From the NCBI GenBank assembly GCA_035571835.1, contig DATNBU010000037.1, positions 140,753-204,752 of the forward strand: a stretch of DNA of 64,000 nucleotides, read 5' to 3'. Positions 9,076-18,520 of the stretch are shown here, in pieces. Within the stretch, counting starts at the first letter, position 1. Every line of letters starts with the position of its first letter. Under the pieces are notes generated by a model. That model was not told the origin of the DNA. It did not search any database and saw nothing but the letters and a program-made list of their open reading frames with translations. The stretch is from Candidatus Limnocylindrales bacterium (GTDB lineage Bacteria > Desulfobacterota > Binatia > UBA1149 > CAITLU01). The position numbers and the translations under genes were made by a program.

Positions 9076-9936
9076 TCAATGACCACGGAACACTGGGCTT
9101 CTTTTTTCAAGGAACGCCGTCATTCCTTCCTGATAGTCGTCGCTCCCGAAACAGTCCGCGACGAGCGTGCCGATTTCTTCCGAAGACAGGAATCCGACCA
9201 GACGCCGCCTCACGGCTAGCCGGACGTAGCGAAGAGCCTTCGGCGCCATCGTCGCGATCTCGGCTGCAAGGCTTCGCGTCTCGGTTTCGAGCTCTCCATG
9301 CGGGAAGCACCGATGCACGAGGCCGAGCTCGAGGGCCTCGCGGCCGCCGATCCGCCGTCCGGTCAGAAGCATGTCGAGCGCACGGGCTTCGCCGATTACC
9401 GCCACCAGCCGCTCAAGCCCATGGTGCGGATACGCAAGCCCGAGCCGGCCAGCGGGAATCGCAAGAAATGAGCGGTCCGACGCGACGCGAAGGTCGCAGC
9501 CGAACGCAATCAGCGATCCGCCGCCGACGCACGGCCCGTCGATCATCGCGACGCTCGGCACCGACAGGCGCGCGAGCGCTTCGAGCGTGCCGGTGCTGCC
9601 TTCGTCGTACTTGCGGGCCAGCTCGGGATCGGAGCGGTATTCGCGGAACTCGGTAATGTCGGCGCCCGAGATGAAGAAGCCGGCCGTGCCGCGGATGACG
9701 ACCAGGCGGACGCCGTCGGTGCCGGCCAGCTCGTTCAGCTTGTCGGGCATGGCCTGCCACATGGCGCGCGTCATCGCGCCGCGGCTTTCCGGACGGTCGA
9801 CGGTCAGCCAGCCGATCGGACCGTCGATTTCAGTGCGCAGGGATTCGGCAGTGGCCACAGCAACAGTTCTCCCAGGGGATTGGCGACGCGTTCCGCCGCC
9901 GCAGCGAGGCTTAACGACCGGCAGTTGCAGGCTCAA
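9076..9936 (-). CDS. Enoyl-CoA hydratase/isomerase (crotonase) family protein
   Basis: Crotonase fold signature IDGPCVGGGSLIAFGCDLRVASD..; the start is probably internal (~9860). Confidence 0.8.
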   Translation of the reverse strand: MSLQLPVVKPRCGGGTRRQSPGRTVAVATAESLRTEIDGPIGWLTVDRPESRGAMTRAMWQAMPDKLNELAGTDGVRLVVIRGTAGFFISGADITEFREYRSDPELARKYDEGSTGTLEALARLSVPSVAMIDGPCVGGGSLIAFGCDLRVASDRSFLAIPAGRLGLAYPHHGLERLVAVIGEARALDMLLTGRRIGGREALELGLVHRCFPHGELETETRSLAAEIATMAPKALRYVRLAVRRRLVGFLSSEEIGTLVADCFGSDDYQEGMTAFLEKRSPVFRGH

Positions 9937-10095
9937 CGTGACCCCGTCGCGTCAGCCCGAGGTCGTGTGCGGGACGGCGAGCGCCCCGCTGTCCTCGGCT
10001 GAGCGGCCGGATGCGCCGGTTGTGGGCGTCGGAATCGGCTGCTAGGACTGCCTGTCCGGCTGACCGGGATGGGCCCGGCAGGGACGAAGGAGACT

Positions 10096-10317
10096 ATGGC
10101 GAAAGACGGGATCGAGGTGAACGGAGAGGTGGTCGAGAGCCTTCCCAATGCATTTTTCCGGGTGAAGCTCGAGAACGACCACACCGTCCTCGCCCACATC
10201 TCGGGCAAGATGCGCAAGTACTACATCCGCATCCTGCCGGGCGACAAGGTCAAGGTGGAGCTGTCGCCGTACGACCTGACGCGCGGTCGCATCACGTGGC
10301 GAGAAAAGAACGTCTGA
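10096..10317 (+). CDS. infA: Translation initiation factor IF-1
   Basis: [69 protein letters not shown]; AGGAG precedes the ATG. Confidence 0.95.
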   Translation: MAKDGIEVNGEVVESLPNAFFRVKLENDHTVLAHISGKMRKYYIRILPGDKVKVELSPYDLTRGRITWREKNV

Positions 10318-10389
10318 TGACCGTGCTGCCGGCCTCGCGGCCGGCCAGAAAGTAGGCGCAGCGCCGAGCGCGCCGACTTCGCGATGTAC

Positions 10390-10465
10390 TGGGGAGTGGC
10401 CAAATTGGTAAGGCACCTGCCTCTGGAGCAGGGCATTGTAGGTTCGAGTCCTACCTCCCCAGCCA
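10390..10465 (+). tRNA. tRNA-Gln (anticodon CUG)
   Basis: UGGGGAGUGGCCAAAUUGGUAAGGCACCUGCCUCUGGAGCAGGGCAUUGUAGGUUCGAGUCCUACCUCCCCAGCCA. This closely resembles E. coli tRNA-Gln (5' UGGGG, 3' CCCCAGCCA); anticodon loop CUCUGGA. Confidence 0.85.
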
Positions 10466-10538
10466 CTTCTTCCTTCCGCTTCCATGGGCCGGCACGACGG
10501 GAATGTCGCGGTCCGGTCGTCTCTCGCGGGCAACCAGA

Positions 10539-11426
10539 ATGATTTCGACGGATCCGGCACCGAAGACTCCCGCCCCGATTCGCGACGCTGCAACAGTGCT
10601 CGCGCTTCGCGATACCGAAGGCGGTCCGCAGGTCTTCATGGTCCGTCGCGACTCGCGCATGGGATTTCTCGGCGGCGCGCACGTCTTTCCGGGCGGCGCC
10701 GTCGATGCTGCCGACTGCGAGAGCGCGCTTTTTTCGATCACTTCCGGTTTCGATGAGGCCGGTCCTCTCGAGCGGCTGCACGCCGATCCGGTCCGCGCGC
10801 GCGGCCTTCTCGTCGCTGCGGCGCGCGAGCTTTTCGAAGAGTCCGGGATCCTGCTGGCTCGCACTTCTGCCGGCGACTGGATCGATCTGGATGAAGCTGC
10901 TCCGAGAACCGAACGGCTCGCCGCCGGCCGCGCTGCACTGTCGAATCGCGGCGGGGATTTCGGCGGTCTGCTTGCGGCCGAAGAGCTTCGCCTCGACGTA
11001 AGCGGCCTTCGCTTCTTCGCGCACTGGATCACGCCCGATCGCGAGAAGAAGCGCTTCGATACCCGCTTCTTCCTGGTGCGCGCTCCCGAACGTCAGTCCG
11101 CGCGTCACTGCGAGATCGAGTCGTCGGCAGGCGAATGGATCACGCCCGGCGGCGCGCTTGCGAGCTACCATGCACGCGAGATCGAGCTCGTGCCGCCGAC
11201 CATCGCATCGCTCGAACGATTGTCCGAATACGCGAGCGTCGATGCGGCGCTCGCGGCTTTCGCCGTCGCCGACATTCCGTGCATCCTTCCGAAGATCCTT
11301 CTCGGTGAGGAGATCGTGATCCTGTATCCGGGCGACAGCGACTATGAATCAGGAGCGGCGATGGTGCCGGCCGGCCGGCCGGTCAACCGGCTCGTCATGC
11401 TCGACGGTCTCTGGCAACGGCCCTGA
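10539..11426 (+). CDS. NUDIX hydrolase
   Basis: Nudix box GGAVDAADCESALFSITSGFDEA...RELFEESGILL. Confidence 0.8.
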   Translation: MISTDPAPKTPAPIRDAATVLALRDTEGGPQVFMVRRDSRMGFLGGAHVFPGGAVDAADCESALFSITSGFDEAGPLERLHADPVRARGLLVAAARELFEESGILLARTSAGDWIDLDEAAPRTERLAAGRAALSNRGGDFGGLLAAEELRLDVSGLRFFAHWITPDREKKRFDTRFFLVRAPERQSARHCEIESSAGEWITPGGALASYHAREIELVPPTIASLERLSEYASVDAALAAFAVADIPCILPKILLGEEIVILYPGDSDYESGAAMVPAGRPVNRLVMLDGLWQRP

Positions 11427-11435
11427 TTACCGGCG

Positions 11436-12992
11436 ATGCGCATCCGCTGGTCGGAATTCGAAAACATCTTCCGTGAATTCACGGAGCCTGCCGGCGGCGC
11501 GCTGTCGTTCTATCTCGAGGACGAGTCCGGCAACGTCGTGGCCGGGTCGGTATCGGATGACAGGCCGGCGGTCGCGCGACACCGGCTGACGATTGCCGAG
11601 CAGCACATCGCACGCCTCAACGCGTGCGGGAACGCCTCTCCGGAAACGGTGCGGCTTTGCTGGGCCGCGTGCGAGCGCGAGCTCGCGCATCAGCTGACGA
11701 TCGGCGACATGGCGGACGCGACCGCGCGCCTGTGGCGTCAGACCAACGCACTGCTTCGCATGAGCGAAAGCACCAACCTTGCGCTCGAGCCGGGCCCGAT
11801 GCTGAGCCGTGTGCTCGGCGTGCTTGCGCACGCGACCAATCTCGAGCGCGGCTGCGCGCTGGTGCGCGTTGCGGGCGCCACCGATTACACGCTGTTCGGG
11901 TTCGAGCACCCGCGCCAGGTTCCGGCGAGCGCGATCAAGACGCTCGAAAAGCTCGAAGACGATGTGACAATGCTTCCCGGCGAAGGCGATACGCGCGAAG
12001 TCCAGAAGGAGTGCGCGTCGCTTCTCGGCCGCCGCTCGCAGCTCATCGTCGTCCGCATCGCGACCGACAACGCGCGCTACGGATACCTGCTGGTTCCGTT
12101 CTCGGTGACGACGACGGTCAGCTCCGAGGACTTGAAGGTGCTCGGCGCCGCGACGCGCATCGTCGGAATCGCCGTCGAGAATTCGCATACACTGCTTCGC
12201 GAGCGCGAATCGATGCGTCTCGAAGTCGAAAACGAGATGCTCAGCAACCAGGCGCGCGAGATGGAAGAGATGCTTCACGTGGTCTCGCACGACCTGCGTT
12301 CGCCGATGACCGCGATCTACGGATTCATGCACATCGCGCTCGACGAGCTCGACGACCTGCGCACGTCGCTCGAGGATCTGCCCGATCACGAGGTTGCCAC
12401 TCAGGGCACGCGCATCGCCAAGCCGCTCGAAGACGGCATTCGCAGCGTCGAGCGCCTGAACGGAATGGTGCAAAGGCTCCTCGACTTCTCGCGCATCGCG
12501 CGACTCGAGTATCATTTCGAGCCGCTCGAGATGTCGCGGCTCGTCGGCGACGTGGTCGATTCGCTCGGCTTCCATATGCGCGAGAAGGGCATCAAGGTTT
12601 CGGTCGGACCCTTGCCGAACACCGACGGCGACCGTGTCCAGGTCGAAGTGGTGTTTCGAAACCTCGTCGACAACGCCGTCAAGTACATGGGCGACGGCAA
12701 GCCGCGCGAAATCGAGATCGGCAGCCGCGATGAGGCCGGCGAGACCGTCTATTTCGTGCGCGACACAGGCATGGGCATGACCGCAGAGCAGTGCGGAAAG
12801 GCGTTCCTGCCGTTCCGGCGTTTTCGTGCGGACGCGGCTCCCGGCGAAGGCATCGGCCTGTCGTTCGTGCGCAAGATCGTCGAGCGTCATGGCGGCCGCA
12901 TCTGGTGCGAATCGACCGAAGGCGTCGGGACGTCGTTTCAGTTTACGCTCAAGGCCGGAAGGGTCGGACGGGATATCGCTCTGAGCGCGTAG
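11436..12992 (+). CDS. Sensor histidine kinase (GAF-like N-terminus, HisKA, HATPase_c)
   Basis: H-box VVSHDLRSPMTAIYGF; N/G boxes FRNLVDNAVKY, DTGMGMT, GEGIGLSFV. Confidence 0.85.
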   Translation: MRIRWSEFENIFREFTEPAGGALSFYLEDESGNVVAGSVSDDRPAVARHRLTIAEQHIARLNACGNASPETVRLCWAACERELAHQLTIGDMADATARLWRQTNALLRMSESTNLALEPGPMLSRVLGVLAHATNLERGCALVRVAGATDYTLFGFEHPRQVPASAIKTLEKLEDDVTMLPGEGDTREVQKECASLLGRRSQLIVVRIATDNARYGYLLVPFSVTTTVSSEDLKVLGAATRIVGIAVENSHTLLRERESMRLEVENEMLSNQAREMEEMLHVVSHDLRSPMTAIYGFMHIALDELDDLRTSLEDLPDHEVATQGTRIAKPLEDGIRSVERLNGMVQRLLDFSRIARLEYHFEPLEMSRLVGDVVDSLGFHMREKGIKVSVGPLPNTDGDRVQVEVVFRNLVDNAVKYMGDGKPREIEIGSRDEAGETVYFVRDTGMGMTAEQCGKAFLPFRRFRADAAPGEGIGLSFVRKIVERHGGRIWCESTEGVGTSFQFTLKAGRVGRDIALSA

Positions 12993-13053
12993 CTTCGCGA
13001 TTTGCTTGTCGGCGCGGTTCGGGTCGAATGCGGCGGCCGCATCGCGTCGCGCG

Positions 13054-13162
13054 CTGGTTCAGGAGCGCGCGGTTTTCAGAGACGCGCTCATTTCAGAAGC
13101 GTGCCGTGTTTTCAGGAGCACGTCCGATTTTCCGGTGCCGGTTTTCAGGAGATAGAAAAGTG
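13054..13162 (+). repeat. Tandem array of about six ~18-19 bp repeats with core TTTCAG(G/A)AG, immediately upstream of the hemQ-like gene
   Basis: ggttcaggagcgcgcg / gttttcagagacgcgctca / tttcagaagcgtgccgtg / ttttcaggagcacgtccga / ttttccggtgccg / gttttcaggagatagaaaaGTG. The last copy supplies the SD for the GTG start. Confidence 0.7.
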
Positions 13163-13993
13163 CCCGAGTTCGTCGCCGTCGAAGCCCCTCAAACTATCGA
13201 AGGCTGGTACACGCTTCACGACGTCTACACGGTCGACTGGTCACTGTGGCATGCGCTCGATGATCTGGAGCGCGAGCACGTCGGCAGCGAGCTTTCGAGC
13301 TGGCTCGAGGGTCTCGCGGCCTATCCGGAACGCGGCGATTCGAAGCTCTACAGCGTCGTCACGCAGAAAGGCGACCTCATGTTCTGCCACTACCGGAGCA
13401 GCCCGGCTGCGCTCAACGAGATCGAGCTCCAGCTTCGCAAGCTACGCATCTATGAGTTTCTTGCTCCGGCGTACTCGTACCTGTCGGTGATCGAGGTGAG
13501 CCTGTACGAAGTGCAGGCGATGGCGATGCGCCGCCTTTCCGATCGCGGCATTGCGCCGGGGACTCCCGAGCACGACGAAGCCCTGGCCAAGGAAATGGAA
13601 GTGCAGAAGGAGCGCATGAACGAGCGCCTATTCCGCAGGATCCCGCCGCAGCGCTACATCTGCTTCTATCCGATGAACAAGCGTCGCGGCGAGCAGGTCA
13701 ACTGGTATGCGCTGCCGCTCAAGGATCGCCGCGCGATCATGCGCGGTCACGGATCGATCGGCCACAAGTACGCCGACGTCGTCACGCAGGTGATCGGCGG
13801 ATCGACCGGTCTCGACGACTGGGAATGGGGCGTGAGCCTGCACGCCGAGGACCCGCTGTCGTTCAAGAAGCTCATCTACGAAATGCGCTTCGACCCCGCG
13901 AGCTCATGGTTCGCCGAGTTCGGCCCGTTCTATGTCGGCGTTCACATCGCCCCGACCGCCGTCGCCGCCCTGATGGAAGGAAGGCTTGAGTAA
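13160..13993 (+). CDS. Chlorite dismutase / HemQ (coproheme decarboxylase)-family protein
   Basis: GTG start with AGGAG SD; 277 aa; the overall architecture and length fit the Cld/HemQ family (WYTLHDVYTVDW..., C-terminal GPFYVGVHI). Confidence 0.75.
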   Translation: MPEFVAVEAPQTIEGWYTLHDVYTVDWSLWHALDDLEREHVGSELSSWLEGLAAYPERGDSKLYSVVTQKGDLMFCHYRSSPAALNEIELQLRKLRIYEFLAPAYSYLSVIEVSLYEVQAMAMRRLSDRGIAPGTPEHDEALAKEMEVQKERMNERLFRRIPPQRYICFYPMNKRRGEQVNWYALPLKDRRAIMRGHGSIGHKYADVVTQVIGGSTGLDDWEWGVSLHAEDPLSFKKLIYEMRFDPASSWFAEFGPFYVGVHIAPTAVAALMEGRLE

Positions 13994-14106
13994 AAGGGGA
14001 CAGGTACAATTAAAAAAACCGTTTAAAATCGCGGCGGCGTTGCGGCGCATAAAATGCGTGCGCGATTTTCCACGTGATTTTTAAATGTACCTGGTCCCTT
14101 TTTTCA
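13993..14106. repeat. AT-rich nested inverted-repeat element (MITE-like) in the convergent intergenic region; likely a bidirectional terminator
   Basis: Outer arms AAAGGGGACAGGTACA ... TGTACCTGGTCCCTTT; inner arms AAAATCGCG ... CGCGATTTT; T-run follows. Shares the GGGACAGGTAC motif with 61373..61406. Confidence 0.6.
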
Positions 14107-14913
14107 GCGGCGCGCCGCTACGTCTTTCCAGTTTGTCATCAGTGCGCGTGCAGACGCGGTGTGCGTGCCGAGAACCTGCGTGCGGTTCTCGAGCTCGATC
14201 GCCGTGCGCAGCGTCGGGGCATCGATGTTGATTGCGAGAACCTGCTTGGTCGTCGAGACCGCATACTCGGAGTTTGCGCAGATCTCGTCGGCGAGCGCAC
14301 GGCTTGCCGCGAGCAGCCCTTCGGCGGGAACGATGCGGTTTACGAGACCGATACGCAGCGCTTCGTCCGCTTCGATGAGACGTCCCGTAAGGCTCATCTC
14401 GTAAGCGTGACCTGCGCCGACCAGGCGCGGCAGCAGATACGAGACGCCAACGTCGCATCCGGATATCCCCAGCTTTACGAAGGCGACGCTGAAGCGCGCC
14501 GACGGCGCTGCGTAGCGAACGTCGCACGACAGAGCGAGCGCGAGCCCGCCACCGGTCGCAGCGCCGTTGACAGCTGCGATGAACGGCTGCCGAGCCTCGC
14601 GCATGCGCGGCATCAACGACGCGATTCGCTGCTGCACCGCAAGGCCGCCTTCGACCGAATCGAGGCCTTCGGTGATCGGCCACTTGCCGTGTTCCTGCAG
14701 ATCGAGGCCGGCGCAGAAGCCGCGGCCTTCGCCGGTCAGGATGACGACGCGCGCCTCGCGGTTTTTTGCGAGGACGTCGAGGCACGAGTGCAGGTCGTCG
14801 ATGAGGCCGGGCGACATCGCGTTCAGGCGATGCGGTCGCGTGAGCGTCAGTGTGGCGACGCTGCCGTCAAGGTCGAGGCGAAGGTCTTCGGTGCGGACGA
14901 GATCGGTGGGCAT
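14104..14913 (-). CDS. Enoyl-CoA hydratase/isomerase family protein
   Basis: Crotonase signature FCAGLDLQE...AAVNGAATGGGLALALSCDVRYA; start chosen at MPTDLV, which has GGAGG 8 nt upstream. Confidence 0.8.
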   Translation of the reverse strand: MPTDLVRTEDLRLDLDGSVATLTLTRPHRLNAMSPGLIDDLHSCLDVLAKNREARVVILTGEGRGFCAGLDLQEHGKWPITEGLDSVEGGLAVQQRIASLMPRMREARQPFIAAVNGAATGGGLALALSCDVRYAAPSARFSVAFVKLGISGCDVGVSYLLPRLVGAGHAYEMSLTGRLIEADEALRIGLVNRIVPAEGLLAASRALADEICANSEYAVSTTKQVLAINIDAPTLRTAIELENRTQVLGTHTASARALMTNWKDVAARR

Positions 14914-15070
14914 GCGCGGGTCCTCCGGCATCGGCTCAAAGCCGAAGGCCGTCGGCGAGTAAAATCGGCGGCGAAATGCGTGCTGCGGCGCGCTTCCTGC
15001 GCGTCGCCTGCCGGCGAGTGGACATCGGGCGACGAAGTGGCTAGCAGAAGGGCCTTCCACTGCTCGTTCG

Positions 15071-15146
15071 GTCGCATAGCTCAGCTGGTTAGAGCGCTCG
15101 CCTCACATGCGAGAGGTCCCTGGTTCGAATCCAGGTGCGACCACCA
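15071..15146 (+). tRNA. tRNA-Val (anticodon CAC)
   Basis: GGTCGCATAGCTCAGCTGGTTAGAGCGCTCGCCTCACATGCGAGAGGTCCCTGGTTCGAATCCAGGTGCGACCACCA; acceptor GGTCGCA/TGCGACC; anticodon loop CUCACAU; CCA encoded. Confidence 0.9.
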
Positions 15147-15214
15147 TCTTTGATTCCCTGCACGTCCCGCGAAGTCCGAAACACGAATTGTCAAGGGCGA
15201 ATGGCAGATGCCCC

Positions 15215-15349
15215 GCGGCTCGGATGAAGATGCGGGTGAAGCACATTGTTCCGCTGTCAGAGCAGGCGGTCGCCATTCTCGGGGAACTCGCAGTCAGCGC
15301 GGCGTACAACTTCGCCGAGCATCTGCCGGAGCGGCGCAGAATGATGTAA
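15215..15349 (+). pseudogene. Remnant of a P4-type tyrosine integrase (internal ~45-aa fragment only)
   Basis: ARMKMRVKHIVPLSEQAVAILGEL resembles the conserved P4-integrase segment ERMKMRRPHIVPLSxQAL; no N-terminal or catalytic RHRY region is present. Confidence 0.5.
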
Positions 15350-15612
15350 GCGTGGGCGAGCTACCTGAATGGCCTGAAGGCTGGGGCGGTGGTAGTGCCG
15401 CTGTTTCGCAGCGCCTAGAACCGGAACCAAATATCGATCGCTACTTGCGACGAGGGGGCCGTTCCTCCGATGGCGCAGTCCGTGGTTCGGTATGGCCGAC
15501 CGAAGCGCCGCCAACGCAATTGGCGGAAGATGAGGTCGACGATCGTCGTTTCCACTCCGGCCATGCAGACACACGTTGGGCGGTCTTTTCTATTCCGGTC
15601 CAAAACGACTTG

Positions 15613-17151
15613 CTATGGTTCTGCTTCGACATCCGCCTCGTCCTCCTCCAACTTCTGTCGCAACTCATCTAACGCCGCAACCGCCAGCAGTTCTCGTACG
15701 GGGTAAGCGATGGGTAACATTGGGGTCCGCGGGTGGCTGGCCTCACCTGTCGGAAGCTCAACGCGATTCCCCTCCTCGTCCTTTCGGGACAAAACCACCC
15801 CGTCTGACCTCACCATGCTAAACAGGTCGCCATACCGACGAGGTGCAACGCCGAGGAAGGGTCCCAGCACCATGCGGGCCGCTTGAGCATCCACCGCTGA
15901 ATCCTCTCCCGCATGATGGATCGCATCTCCGTGGAGAGGTAGAGCCTCACTTTTCGGATATGGCTCGATATAGACGATTCGCTTCACTCCCGCCGCAACC
16001 GCGTGCCGAGCGCAGTTGTGACACGGGAAGGTGGTCGTGTAGAGGACCGCGTTTCGGACACTCACGCCAACACGCGCCGCCGACAAGAGTGCCTCCATCT
16101 CCGCATGAACGGTTCGTCCATACTCGGTGATGTCCCGTAGCTTTGATTCGGAAAGCACGCGTGTCGCTTTCTCGACATCATCCACCAAGCCCTGTTCCCT
16201 AAGGGCCTCGGCAGCCCTCGCCGCGATTACTCGGAGACGTGCGGTGTTCGAGTCGAACCCAATGGCGAGGTCTCGCATGTCGGGATTGTCCTCAGCGCTA
16301 TACAGCCCGCCGCCGGGACGTGGGACTTCATTGTGCCCAACGCCGATCAGGTCCCCGGTTTCAGCGATGAGAGCAGCTCCGATCTGTCGTGCGAGCGCGC
16401 CCGAACGAATCGATGCTCCGAACGCTGCGTGCATCCCAAATTCGTCGAGCGTGGGGGTGTGGAAAGGGTTGCCGAATACCAAGTCGAGAAAGCGATGGAG
16501 GGCCGCCTGTGTGGACTCGTAGCTGGAAACATCGATGAAGACATCTGAAAGATGGAATGTATCTCGGGTCTGTTGCCCGAACTTTTTGTCCTCCTCTTCG
16601 TCCTCATCACGTCTCAAAAGCTTCTCCGCCTGCTCTTCGGAGAGACCTTGCGAGACTTGGAGATGGCGCTTGCGCAAGTTGCGTGGGGCGAAAGCGCCGA
16701 TCAGATAGAACCCGGGTCCGTAGATTTGACGTAGGGTCCGGACTTCCTCCGGGCGTTTCAGCGAATCAAGAACGTGAACGTGCCGGGGCAGAGTCGGATC
16801 CGGGTCTTCGATGTCCTCCGTCGCCTGTGCGCGGCGCTCTGAGATGTTGAACACGGCTGACAGCACGAGCGCATTGCAGTAACCGGACCGTCGCCGGAGT
16901 TCGTTTCCGGCGGTCATATATGAGTTGACGCGATTGAAGTAGGGGTCGCCTTCGATCGGCACGCCGAGAATCTCGGCGAAATTCGGAAGGTCGTCGCTCA
17001 GTTTTACAGTGTTGACCTCGTACCGCCGAACGGCGAACAGGTCGCGTAGAACCGACGTGACGAAATCGCGGTTGCAGCCAATTGGTGCGACCAGTCCAAT
17101 GATGAGTTCGGAGTTGGCGGTCGCAAAGAGTGAAACCTCAGATGTCCCCAC
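15613..17151 (-). CDS. AvcD/DCD-like anti-phage deoxycytidylate (dCTP/dCMP) deaminase candidate: C-terminal CMP/dCMP-type zinc deaminase domain after a ~300-aa N-terminal domain
   Basis: HAEMEAL...PCHNCARHAVAAGVKRIVYIEPYP is the H[AC]E...PCxxC zinc-binding signature of dCMP/cytidine deaminases. The 512-aa architecture matches described defensive deaminases. Located in the tRNA island. Confidence 0.7.
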   Translation of the reverse strand: MGTSEVSLFATANSELIIGLVAPIGCNRDFVTSVLRDLFAVRRYEVNTVKLSDDLPNFAEILGVPIEGDPYFNRVNSYMTAGNELRRRSGYCNALVLSAVFNISERRAQATEDIEDPDPTLPRHVHVLDSLKRPEEVRTLRQIYGPGFYLIGAFAPRNLRKRHLQVSQGLSEEQAEKLLRRDEDEEEDKKFGQQTRDTFHLSDVFIDVSSYESTQAALHRFLDLVFGNPFHTPTLDEFGMHAAFGASIRSGALARQIGAALIAETGDLIGVGHNEVPRPGGGLYSAEDNPDMRDLAIGFDSNTARLRVIAARAAEALREQGLVDDVEKATRVLSESKLRDITEYGRTVHAEMEALLSAARVGVSVRNAVLYTTTFPCHNCARHAVAAGVKRIVYIEPYPKSEALPLHGDAIHHAGEDSAVDAQAARMVLGPFLGVAPRRYGDLFSMVRSDGVVLSRKDEEGNRVELPTGEASHPRTPMLPIAYPVRELLAVAALDELRQKLEEDEADVEAEP

Positions 17152-17615
17152 GCGCCTCAGACTATAGAGGTTTGACGGCTTCCTGGCAGCTGAGCTGTGC
17201 GTTTCTCACTGAAGTCGCCGTCCGGACCCTTGCAGCGACGATTTGGCTGGGCTGCTTCTCGTGAGGCGAACAGTAACTTGGCTCACTTCGGGAGGACTGC
17301 CCATGCCACGCTCTTCGACAGCGGAAGCGACACAGCAACAATTCCTTTCAGCAATGGGCGAAGAATGGGCAACGCGGGCAGTCACGACGGCGGAGAAGCC
17401 AGCGTCGCGGATGTGCGTGTCGCCTACGACCTGCTCGAACACATCTTGTCCGAAGTATACGAAGGCAAGGGAAAGTCGCTGAAGGTACTCGCGAAAAAGG
17501 TAAACAAGAAGAAGGGGCCGGTAACATAGATGCGCTTGCCTGCTCTCCATATGGCGATCTCGCTAGGCGTGCGTGATCTTAGTCGCTCAATGGAACCAAC
17601 CCACGGACGCCACCA

Positions 17616-18500
17616 ATGAAATACGACAGATTCAATCGGTTCGAAGGGACGAGCTGGGCATTTTGGCAGTTCAATGAGTACGAAACTCAGATCAACAGCG
17701 CGTACTGGTCTGGGGTCGCGGCAGTTTCTCGCGCCAGCTACGAGATTCGGCGTAGTGCACCGCCCGTCAATGCAAGGGTGGTAATGCATGCCACGGGAAC
17801 GGACGCGCAGCGAATCTCGGCTGAGGGTCCCGCTTTTGTTGCGAATCTCGGCGAATTTCTTAAGTGGAACAGAGCCAGCTTCATTTTGGCAGCAACCGGA
17901 GCCTTTGAAACGTACATCTGGCGAGTCGTGTTAACTGCGTTGATGTCGGATCCTGCCGCGTTGCATGGCAAGTCTCGAGCAATCGATGGAGCGACTTGGC
18001 TGAAGTTGGGACTTCGACCGGACTACAGTGACATCAAGAAGCGGGTTACGAAGGATACGTGGTTCCAGCGCTATGCGGCTGTTCGGAATATCTTTGGTGA
18101 AATTCCAGCGCTGAGTAGTCGTGTTCCAGAATTAGATCAGATCAGAATTTTTCGTAACAACGCTGGGCACGCATTTGGGAGGGATTTGACGGTAGAACCA
18201 AATCTCACGGCGCGAACGACGGAACGCATGCGAACTATTGACGACACAAAGTTTAAGGAGTGGCTAGGTGTAATCTCGAAATCCGCAAAGGCCATCGATT
18301 CAGTGCTTGTCAAGAACCATATCGGTGATTTCGAGCCTATGATTCACTTTCACAACTACTATGAATCTCTTGGTACTGTGAAGCCGGGGATTAGCAGCGC
18401 ATTTGCCTCACAGTACAAGTTGGCCTTGGCAAAAACCGAAGGTCACTCTAAGGGCAACGAATATGCCCTGACACTGATTCGCGCTTACCTGAACGCGTAG
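17616..18500 (+). CDS. Hypothetical protein with an HEPN-like Rx4H motif (Abi_2/AbiD/AbiF-like)
   Basis: 294 aa, low GC; ELDQIRIFRNNAGHAFGRDL fits the HEPN R-x4-H motif (Abi_2 consensus lRNxxAH). Confidence 0.45.
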   Translation: MKYDRFNRFEGTSWAFWQFNEYETQINSAYWSGVAAVSRASYEIRRSAPPVNARVVMHATGTDAQRISAEGPAFVANLGEFLKWNRASFILAATGAFETYIWRVVLTALMSDPAALHGKSRAIDGATWLKLGLRPDYSDIKKRVTKDTWFQRYAAVRNIFGEIPALSSRVPELDQIRIFRNNAGHAFGRDLTVEPNLTARTTERMRTIDDTKFKEWLGVISKSAKAIDSVLVKNHIGDFEPMIHFHNYYESLGTVKPGISSAFASQYKLALAKTEGHSKGNEYALTLIRAYLNA

Positions 18501-18520
18501 CGCGCGACGCTACAGTCGCA

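Noticed and set aside
14074-15153. 359-aa plus-strand ORF running through tRNA-Val
   Set aside because: It overlaps the crotonase gene on the other strand and reads straight through a tRNA; no motif.
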